Origin: Adineta vaga
Lineage: Eukaryota; Animalia; Rotifera
Assembly (NCBI GenBank): GCA_021613535.1
Contig: CP075496.1
Coordinates: 5,580,001-5,644,000 of the forward strand
DNA length: 64,000 nt
Direction: 5' to 3'
In this document: piece by piece, positions 52,701-64,000 of the stretch
How positions within the stretch are numbered: the first letter of the stretch is position 1
How the letters are laid out: every line of letters starts with the position of its first letter
Translations under genes and position numbers: made by a program
The notes under the pieces: model-generated
The model's database searches: none
Told to the model about the DNA's origin: nothing
Seen by the model: the letters and a program-made list of their open reading frames with translations, nothing else

Positions 52701-55700
52701 AGATAGTTATATTTGTCATTCTCTGTATGATGTACTTTAGGAATACGACACTGAAGAATGATGGCAGAAAGTCAACTTTTTTATTCTATTTTCAGGTAGT
52801 CCTGCCGATAAAGCTGGATTATGTGTCGAAGATGAAATTATATCAATGCATGGTGAAAATATTGAATATATGACATTTGATCAAGTACGAAAAATTCTTA
52901 AAGAACGAAATTTACGTGGAAGTATTCGATTAGTTGTTCGAACTTTCGAAGGTACAAAAAAAAAGAAACAATCGTTATTTTCAATTATGTTACTCATTCA
53001 TTTAAATTCTTATTACTTTCTTCTTAGATATCATTGATGATAGTTCTCAAACACTTACAGTAGGACTGACAACTGGACATAGTCGAACACCATCACCACA
53101 AAAACTTGCATCTAATTCACAGCCAACTATATTACCTGTATCGCCTCCACCGACAACTTCACGTACGATACCAGTAACATCACCGACTCCATCAAATATT
53201 CATGCACCTATTTATACATTTTTACCATATACACCTCCACCACTTCGATTCCAACAGCTGATACAACTCTGAATACACCGATTCAATCGTCATCTGTTTC
53301 ATCGATGAATATGTTTGGACCAAAACCATTTCGTTCAACTGCTTCAATTAATCTTGATAAACAAAATTCAAATGAAATCGTAAGCATTTTTTTTTGCTCT
53401 TAACTAATCAGAGAATAGATTTTATAAAAAAGAAGAGATAATTCATGTTTATACTCAATATTTCATGAAAACAATTTACCGCTAATGCGATAACATAGTT
53501 GAATTTCTCTCTTCATTCATAAAAACTCTTTAAATACATGCATGGCTATTATTTTTGTATTGTTCAGAAGATTGCTCATACATCACCAATTGAAGCTTTC
53601 CGAAAAATGCTTGATCCATCAAACAGTATCAGCAAAAGCATGAACAATGAGGTAGTCGAACAAGTGTAATTAGTAGAAAAAATTATAATAATAAAATAAT
53701 AATATACATCTCTCTATCTATTTAACTGCACGTCTTCTATATCAACAATTCAACAAAATAAATCCATTACATAATTATGCACATATAAACATCTTCACTA
53801 ATCATCATTATCTTTGGTGTTTGGTGAATGTTATTTTCTTGTCTCTTTTTTTTGCCTTTCGAATTTTTTTCTCAAAAACTTATGTCGATGATCTTTTGAA
53901 TTTGTACGTGTGGTTTTCTGTCTCGTGAATATGTCAATATGATTTTATTGTTCATTGAATGATTTTGTTATCAGATGAATATATTCTCCGATGAGTAGAT
54001 AAATGAAACTATGCTATTTTATCCATAATAATACATTAGTGCATGTATATAAAAACATTTTTCTATTCTTCTGTTGAGAATACCTAACTATCATATTTTA
54101 TTTAATGTAGTTCATCAAACTATTTAGATTTGATCAACTTGCTTCTCTTCTGTAGAAGAATAGTTGTAGATATTTCTAAGATCTTTTCTCTCGTGTATCT
54201 AGTGAAAGAATCTGTTCTTCTCGAGCTTGAATAGAGATAAAGAAAATTTTTGACAGTTGTTTGTCGTAGAATGGGAAGGATTAATAATTATATATACATA
54301 TTTTTTCTTTCGAATTACTTGCAACCATATACTAATGAAATTTTCCTCTCAATGCATGAATGATAACTTCTATTACTACCATGATGACTTCTTCATTATC
54401 TTTTATTTTTATATGATTTTATAAAATATAGTTCTTTTTATTTAACAGACAACGAATTCTACTGAACAACAATCACCAACTATATTGAAAATAACAACAC
54501 GAGAAACTGCAATAACACGTAAGTTACTTTCTCTTTTCTCATTTTACATTCAATATCAAATTTATTCTCTTTCAGCTCCGCCAAATTCTGTATCAATTTC
54601 ATCCGATTCAACCTATACATCATCATCAAACACAACAACAACAACAACAACAGCGAAAGTAAAAGCACCACCTCCACCATTAACATCTGTAGAATCTCTA
54701 TTACATGGAACATCGGACAATAATAATCACGAACAACACTGTAATGAATCACTTATTGTTCAAGCACGTTCATCTGTTGAACAACAAATGAATCAATTGC
54801 AACAAGAGCTTTTACGCAATTATCCTCATACACAAGCATCACGCGTATACTTTCTTTGTGTTTTTTTTACATAAAAAACTTAATTTCATTTTTTCTTTTC
54901 ATTGAATTCTAGGATCAGCGTTCAGTAAATATTCCCATTGATACATCGAATGTGATTAAATTATCTTCATATCAACAACAAGATTCATCTTCAACTAATA
55001 ATAACAATCGAATATATGGAATCAAAGTTAATTCAAATGAAACTTCAGATCAAACTATCGATTCTTCCAATTCACAACGAATATCACCAAGTTATCCAAA
55101 ACGTTCTATACAAGATATACCGTCACTATTTACCAACACTGCAACGTCAAATACAGCAATCAATCATCCATCTACGACACATTCAACAGATCGTACAGTA
55201 AATGAAATCAAAATAAATCTTTTAACTCCAACCTCAAATCAACAACAACAACAACAACAGAAAAAATCTTCCATACTATTAGATGAAAAAAAAACACAAC
55301 AACGTATTACAAAGTGAATACTATTCTTTCTAATCTTTACCAATTACTCACAAAGAAAACGTTTATTTCTTTTTTTTCTTTCTTTTAGTAAACAGTTGCA
55401 TACAACATTTAATCAGGTACCAAAAAAACCTCATCATGATGACCATTCATGGATTAATAATAATGAACAGAATAAATCTATCGTTCCTCCACCATCACAG
55501 CAACAAACATTAACAAATAAAAATGGAAAAAGTCTTAGTAATCATCGTCCTCCTCCACCGATACCTCAACAACAAGATGTACAAAAAAATATATCGACAT
55601 CGAAGCAATTATCAATGTTTCATTATGGTGATACATCTGATGATTTGCATTATCGTCCTTTACGAAGTGCACAACATCAACATGATGTTGAACCATCCAT

Positions 55701-56799
55701 TCATCGTCAACATCAACTTAAAAATCGACCGTTAGTATTACGCTAAGAAAAAAAACATCTTAAATTTAAATTTCTCTTTTTATTGGATTTTAGAAAATCA
55801 CCAGTTCGTACAACGATTAATAGTAATAACAACCGAGTATTGTCCGTTAGTGGTAAATTACATTGTTCAAAATGTAATGAAGAATTAGGTAAAACTAAAA
55901 TCGCCTATAATTGACAGATTTTATTATTCAATTCATTGATATTCAGGTCAAGGTTCAGCAATGGTTATTGAATCACTTGGTTTATATTATCATATCGAAT
56001 GTTTTCGATGTTTTGTTTGTAATATACCTTTATCATCATCATTTGAAGGCACAGATGTTCGTGTACGAACTAATCGGCTTCATTGTCAAAATTGTTTTTC
56101 CGATGAAAATGGTATGTATAATTAGTAATTAGATTTTGATATTAATAATTAGATGAGATTTACTTAGGCGCCTGGCGATCAAACGTAAGAACAAGAAGAA
56201 GAAAATTTTGCTTTTCTTCTTTTTATTGTTTGCGTTAATGTCGAAAGTCTCTTTTTTTTAACGCTACAGCACATAACGCTATACACTTCAGCTGTATAAA
56301 AACAAAATGACATTGTGAACGATGATATTTTGATATTTTTTATCAAAATTCTAATCGAATAACGTTTAGTTCGTATAGTTTCATTTCGTTCAATTCTTCT
56401 CTCGAATGGATTTCAATCATAGATTCGTACACATGTCATTTAAATTTCACTAAAGAGCACATCGTTTTTACTCACAAATATCGCATTTGTATTCTCTTTA
56501 GAAATCAATCTTGAATCATTCTTAATATGTTTTTGATTTTTTCAGCAAGTTTTATTATAATTCCTACTTCTATATGGCAACTTGATGAGGTCTGAAATTA
56601 TCTTATATTCATGCATCGTTTGAAAGATATTTATCAGGCATCAGACATATTGAATTTGATTTGATTTGATTTCCTTTTTCTTTGTCGCATGTCAAAAACT
56701 AACAAAACTATTTTATCAAAAAACAAAACTTGTTCAAATATGTTCAATTCATTTTCTTCTTCTTTTCATTTTTTAGGTGTAAAATCAAGTGCCGTTTAA
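49728..56799 (+). CDS. LMO7: LMO7/Smallish-like PDZ and LIM domain protein
   Basis: N-terminal PLQFVK and DWSK|AVENWRLKREEKR (DUF4757-like). PDZ RGFGFKLDGG...G|SPADKAGLCVEDEIISMHG. C-terminal LIM SVSGKLHCSKCNEELG|QGSAMVIESLGLYYHIECFRCFVC...GTDVRVRTNRLHCQNC, the signature of the LMO7/LIMCH1 family. Ends KSSAV*. One apparent -1 frameshift near 53241. No CH domain was seen in the window. Confidence 0.87.
51315..51340. repeat. (GAA)n microsatellite
   Basis: Trinucleotide run upstream of LMO7-like first exon 1b. Confidence 0.85.
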
Positions 56800-58859
56800 A
56801 CTATTATTAATTCTTCCACACCCGTCCTTTCTCAATTATATGCAATCAATATATATCTGTTTTTGTTTTATTTCCTATTCCAATTCATAGATGAACGAAC
56901 ATTCCACATCTATACATACATATATATATATATACTATCAACACTGTGGTTTCGATTTCTTTTCTTTTGCTCAAACTAAGAAGAACAACAGAATATAAAC
57001 AATCTTCTTGAAATTAAAATAAAATATTTCTTTTGTTGTGTGATAAGTTCTATGTATATTCTTCGAAAAGCAAGCGTCTAATGTACATATACATAGGATG
57101 GTGCTATTTTCCTCCTTTCTCTCTTTTCTTTTTGTACAGATCTTGTTTTTGATTTGTCTTCTTTTCATTTCTTCTATCGCGATTGATTTTGCAGAGACGA
57201 ACAGTTTGTTTCTTGCTTGTTGTTACTGTTGCTATTAACTTTGATTGATTTTTTTCCCTTCTTTTGCTTTGTTTGAACATCTTTTGTCTTCCTTCCTTTA
57301 CTACTTTCAGTTTTATATATTCAAACAAACTCGAACTAACTTTTGATGATCTCTCTGTTAGATTTTATGGTTTTATTTACGTGCAGAGAAAAAAATACAT
57401 ATATAGAATAAGTCATTTTTGAAAAAATATACGAAACAAAATTTATTATTAATTTTAGTTCTTAAAAAATATTCAGACTATTTCAATAAGTATAGATCTA
57501 TTGAAACATTCGTCTTTTGATTATTATTCGATGTTAAATTCTAGAGAGAGAGAGAGAGATTTCTAGTTTCAAACCCATCGAAAAATATGTTATCGTCAGA
57601 TAAATGAATCAATTGTATCATCAGCCAATTATAAGTATAACTTCCGGGACTAGGTGAAAATCTACTCATAGATTGATTGATCAAGGTTTATAACTATATT
57701 CTACTATATAAACAAAATCTTAACTATTTAACATATAAGAGAGATCAATATCAAAACATCCAACTGATCAATGATTCGCATCTGATTAATACCGCCATTA
57801 GATCACATATAGATCTCCCTCTTTTTTTCGATTATGTTCTCTAATGATTTCAACAGACATCTAACACTATAGACAAGTAAAATCACATGAGAAAAGAGAA
57901 AGTTTATCATCCGAATGAAGTTAATCGATGTCTTTAATATATTCATATTCAATGACGCATTACACGAGCGTCAATCTAAGTAGTAAATCACATTCTATTA
58001 GAAGGAAAAAGAAATGAATAGCCATCATTAACAATAGTAGTCATTCATTGTCACCTTTTTGATAATGACTAGTCATTATAAATAAGCTCAACAATCAAGT
58101 AATAAAGTCAATTTATCATCAAACAAATGTATACATAACATAAAAGTGATAAGTGACCTGTCAGAGATGCTTCTAATTAGTTTACATTGCATTTTTATTT
58201 TATTTTTTTGAGAAGTGATTAACAGCATTTGTTTTCTTTTTCATTGTTATTCAAATCGACGATCAAAGTATTTAGAAAAACAATGTAAACGAATTGCATT
58301 GCATTTTGAAAGAAAAACTTTTTTCCTTTTCGGTCGATTGATGTTCAATCATTTATTTGAAATCAAATCTATGTTGACGAAAAGCATCAAGAGATAATTG
58401 CTTATGGGAATTCGACGGTACCCGAGACAATCATTTCGTTTCCCCATGAAAATAGTTGATCTTCCTTTCAAATCATCAAAAGTCAATTGCACATGTTCAC
58501 AATTTAACGGACAAAAGACAATTATGTTGCATAACAATTAACCACTACTGACCGGAGATCAAAATGAATAGTCTTAATTTTAGTTTTGTTCGCTATCGAT
58601 CTATCCGTTCATCATTAGGACAAACATAATATCTTCGCGAAAATATAAGATAATTAACAATTGTCCGCATCATTAAGTTTTAATTCTTTTCGAAGTCTAT
58701 ATCCTCATTATCTTTCTTCCTATTACATCAAATCGATCAGATAAAGTATCTTTTGATGATCAATCTATCCTTTTTTTTTCTTAGGAAAATAACGATTAAA
58801 TGATGATTTCGTTAATTTAAATTTTCATTTTTATACAAAACAAAACAAAAAGTATTCAA

Positions 58860-59381
<522 letters not shown>

Positions 59382-60718
59382 GATATGTTTGTTGAAATGA
59401 AAGAGGAAAGATAGTATAAAGCTTATTTTATATGAACGGAAGAATGCGAAAGGAGAAGAGAGGAAGAAGAGAAAGTGTTTTTTTTTTCTTATTGGAGAAA
59501 ATTGATGATTGGATAGAAAAGAAAATGAATTAATCTTCTTTGAAAAAAATTGATTGACTGACTGTTTGTTTTCATATTCACACCATCTCTATTTTCACGA
59601 GCGGATCATTCGCATTTCAAGGATACCGCATTAAACTGTGAGAAATTAAAGATCAATCATCAACTTTAATTTTTTTCTTCCTTTCTCTACTTTGTGACAA
59701 GAAAATCATAATCATAAAGAATCAATGTTCGTTTAATGAAGTGAAGATTTAATAGCATTGCAATGACAAGTCAAAAATCTTAGTGATAAATACCTCTATT
59801 GGGTATTTTCATTCATGTGTGAATTAATGTGAAAAGTGAATATATGCATTGGTTTATTTGTTTGAATGTTGCATGGAATGTATCATTTATTAACAAATAA
59901 ACAGAAACGAATATGTATCAGAGACATAATTAACAGCTTGAAAGCGGTTTGTTTGTTAGTGATTCAATGTTAATTCTATTGAAGATATTGATGATAAGAG
60001 ATGAAGTGTTTTTGTTTTGATGTAATCGTTTAATTATGAAGTATGTCGAGACTAATGACGTTCTTTAATGGAATATTGACACTAGGAAGTGATTAAGACT
60101 AATATTCATTCATGCGACTTTCTTGTTATACAAAATGTCTTTGAAATAGTACTATATAACAAATCGTGTTAGTTGAGTTCACAGGAAACGTTCGTCTTAG
60201 ACAATGACCAATTCATAACTTCCTACATAAATGTTGATAATCATTTTTTATTTGTTTATAAGGAAAAAAACATTTTAGTTCTGTTTCACACAAATAAAAG
60301 ATCTACATATTTAAATTGTGCTTGTGTACAATATATAATGATATCTCATTTTCTGTATATATATATACGGTGAAAAAGTTTGCTTATGTTTTATTTTCAG
60401 TTGTTCTTCGTTCTTCTGATCAAATGTCTGGTGATTTGTTAGAAGGAAATGTTAAATAAAAAAAACAGCAGTAGCAGTACGAGTACGACAGTCAAAATCA
60501 GCAAACGAAAGAAGAAAGTAAAATGTTCAGAGAGTAGATATAAGAAATGACGGTTTAGACGAACAAACGAAAGACAAAGAAAGAGAAAAAGATAAAGAAA
60601 ATGAATAGGTTAAACCAAATGACTGCTGTTCACTCGCTCAAAAAATACACACAAATACAATCATAATTTTGTTTTTCTTTTTGTTACAAAGATTTTGTTG
60701 ATTTCTTTGATGTTTCCT

Positions 60719-62558
60719 CTAATAAGCTTGCATACGTTTATTTGTATTGTTATAGTATGTCGTATTTCGAGAACGTTGTTGACCATCTCCATAATTTCCT
60801 CCTCCACCGCCGCGTTGGTAACGAGCACCATTGCCATAGTAAGATTGTTGACCATTATTATTTCGTCGATTATTATAATTATAATAGCCACCTTGACCAT
60901 TACGTTGATTACCTGATTGTTGAGCAGGACGATATTTTAAACCGAATGTTTCTGCATTAATTCGACGTTCTTCATTCCAATTTCGTCGTGAATTTCTGAA
61001 AAACTATTTATTTTGAGATAGAAAATATCGATTATTGAACATACGTTTTTTCTTTTTCTGTTGTTTCACATGAGATTCGATCAAAGAAACTTTTTTGTTT
61101 ATCATAAAAACCATCAGGATTTGGTTCTTGTTGTTGTTCTAATAGATTTGTTGAAGAATTGGTTTGCTGATCAGGTTGTTGTTGTTGTTGTTGTTGTTGC
61201 TCTTGTTGATCATTTTCTTTTTCTTTCTCTTTGTCGTTCTCATTGTTAGTTGTTGATGTCTCGTTAGTTTTATCTTTATTCGTCTTAATTGATAAACTCT
61301 TTTTAAGTTCATCTTCAATCGCATTTTTATCGAATTCAGCATTGGATTTTTCAAAATCAAAATCACCAATAAATTTCAAAGTTGATCGATTATTACTATT
61401 ACCACGTATGGAATCAGTACGTTCACGTTGTTGACGATTATTTCGTTGTTGATTTTGTTGATTACCTGCTATGGCGCCTGTTGAATTACGTCGTTCACGA
61501 TATCCATAGTAATTGTTATAACCTTGTTGATTATTATTTGTACCTTTTTTTTCAATGAGAAAACAATTAATAAAGATATTGATATCATTTATTAGAACTT
61601 ACGTTTTGAAGGATAAAAACGATTTCCTTCATAGTTTTGTTGTTGCTGCTGCTGCTGCTGTTGTTGTTGTTGCTGTTGTTGTTGACGTGGATACCGTTGA
61701 TTTTGTTGTTGACGATAATTATTATTTTCCCAAGCAGAGTTATTCGAACGGGGCCATTCGGCATAATCATATTGTTGATTTCCTCGACGATTATTGTTAT
61801 TATTATTATTACTAAAATCATTGTAATAATCTTGTTGTTGTTGTTGACGACCACGTCGTTGATTATTATTTCCATAGGAATAGTCTTGTCCATCGAGCTG
61901 AGCTGATGTTGATTGTTGACTAAATGGTCTTGATGATTGTTGTTGATTTAAATTTAACTGACGTAATGGATCTGTATTTGAAGAGGATTTTAATCCTTTA
62001 TTAGGTCCTTGTTGGACAGATGACATTGTGCCTTGGTTTGATGCTGACCGTGTTTGATTTCCTCCAGTTGTATTATTTGTTCCCACCGTAGAAGAACGAG
62101 CATTCGAGGGATACATAGAAGACTAAAATCAAAATGAGAAAGATTATTGTAATGTTTTAATCGGAGAGAATCAAATTTACTTCAACAATAGCTGGATCGT
62201 GTGTAATTGTACTTTGTGGAGGTTCTCGAACTTGTAAATCTTCAATGTCGGCACCGCGAAAAATAATATATTCAAAGATCTCATCACGAGCAGGTACAGG
62301 TCGATCCGTTGGACGATCTTCTGTACCAAAAGAACGCACTACAAGTTCAATGAAAAGTAAAAATCAATATATTATATTTTCAAAATATTTACCTTTAGAA
62401 AGTGCTACAGTTGATTCATTGGCATCAATTGTATATAAAATACCTTCATAACGAATTTTAGCTTTGGAAACAAGACTAATTTTTGAGCCCAAATAAGGTG
62501 AATCAGTTGCTCCAGTTGCAGATGGTTTTTTTATAGATGAATTATTTGTTAAGCTCAT
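60719..62558 (-). CDS. LSM14: LSM14/RAP55/Trailer hitch family P-body protein
   Basis: Five exons. Lsm domain [25 protein letters not shown]...[10 protein letters not shown]...[11 protein letters not shown] box ([12 protein letters not shown]), FFD box ([12 protein letters not shown]), TFG box ([11 protein letters not shown]). Stop TAG at 60721-60719. Confidence 0.95.
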
Positions 62559-64000
62559 TTTGATAGTTTCTGTGACTATGGAGGATGAAAAGTGAATAAT
62601 AATATGGAAAGACTTTTTTTCTCTCTTTCTTTTTTTTCTGTTTATGTAACGAATTCGATCAGATAATAGCTATAAACAGATATCTCTTGGCCAAGAATAG
62701 TCACATTCGGTGTAAACCAAAACAAAAAAGAGAAAAGAAGAAGAGGAAAACAAATATTGTTGGTCGTCTAGGGATTTTATATCTCTGTTCACTTGTTTAG
62801 TTCGACTAACATGTGAAGCAATAAGATCGACGTTTCTAGAAATAGAAAGAATATGATGAATGTAGATTTTATTAATTCTAGGGCGTTATTTAGAAAGAAA
62901 AATAAATATAGAAGAAGAAAAGAATAAGAACATGAGAAGAACACGAAGAAGACATCATGACGGTCAGTAAAGCGTCAAAGAGGAGGATCATTTCGTTTCT
63001 AAAAATAAATATCAATAAATCAAATAGAAATATCGATATGATGATGAAGACATAAATATATATATATATATATATCAAAAGTTTGACTTTTTTATGGAAA
63101 AGTTTTTGATATTTACAACGAATTATTTATCTAGAGGTCACTAATATACAACATTTAATTTGACTTCTAAGAATTTATAATGATGTTTTGAAGAAATTTG
63201 AAAACCAAATAATCGATAAAGTTAGTTTTAAACAATCGCTTAGATATGTATGTTTTAAGTAGTTACTAAAAAATTTTAATTGGTTTCTTTTCCTACTCCA
63301 ATAGTATTTATCATGATTCATTTTACAATATATAACTTATCTTCTCTCCTTTCGTTCGTTCTCGTTGTATAAATGAATGAACGTCGGTCAATCTCAATTT
63401 ACAATGCAAGATACGAACGAAGTAACTAGATTGTAACATAAATATTCGAAAATCAAGATTTGAATAGTTATAACTCGTACGAACTTCTCTTAATCCCAAC
63501 ATCGAACATATTTGTTGTATATTTAAAGAGAGAGAGAGAAAGAAAGAGAAAGTATATATTTAGTTAGATAAGAGTAAAAGCAAAAGCAAATACATATTAC
63601 TTTTTTTGTTAGTTCTATATGAAAATCAACGATTTAATTCATCTTAGTGTACATATGTCATCTTTTTCTTCTTCTTAACCGATCGTTTTTTTTCGCGAGA
63701 AATATATATCAAAAGGAAAAAAATGTCCCTGTCAAAATAACAACGTCATATTCTACTTTATACTAGTTGTCTTACTCATGTATATCGATTAGATAATTGA
63801 AAGAAACAATTCGAGTGTAGCCACCATCTTTGTTCTAATTACTCATCGAATTCAACGGCAAACATAATGTCTAGTTTGAAATCGACCATCAAAAGAGAAA
63901 GTATCTATTGATGTATTGTTTTAGTTCTAATATTGAATTCTCATCTACTGTTTTTCTCTTTCTCTCCTTATAAACCCTGAACATAATCAATTAAATTGAT

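Noticed and set aside
60661-61906. Several overlapping hydrophobic or poly-N/I/L/V ORFs
   Set aside because: Alternative-frame and antisense shadows of the Q/N-rich LSM14 exons.

Overview
AT-rich eukaryotic (animal) genomic DNA with many short (about 45-85 nt) GT-AG introns. Gene content, intron size and the receiver-like/ART/TPR gene suggest a bdelloid rotifer (inference). By hand-splicing I find, in order: an unnamed minus-strand gene with four repeats resembling the Ski/Dach-type domain (running off the left edge); a roughly 700-bp offset patchwork of duplicated sequence that looks like a consensus artefact; a gene-poor 6-kb spacer; a partly decayed gene; a pseudo-receiver + degenerate ADP-ribosyltransferase + TPR gene; ECHDC3; a protein with a NUFIP1-type double zinc finger; a two-domain carboxypeptidase D; three tandem neuronal calcium sensor genes that the ORF track misses because of their tiny exons; an orphan single-exon ORF; a two-pore (K2P/TWIK) potassium channel with about six candidate alternative phase-0 first exons; an LMO7/Smallish-like PDZ-LIM gene with two first exons and a 17-nt microexon that swaps the C-terminal PDZ ligand; a compact Gbx with a WW instead of WF in helix 3; and LSM14. 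Two isolated single-base frameshifts suggest residual assembly errors. No rRNA, tRNA, CRISPR array or intact transposon was recognised. All exon coordinates were derived by eye.
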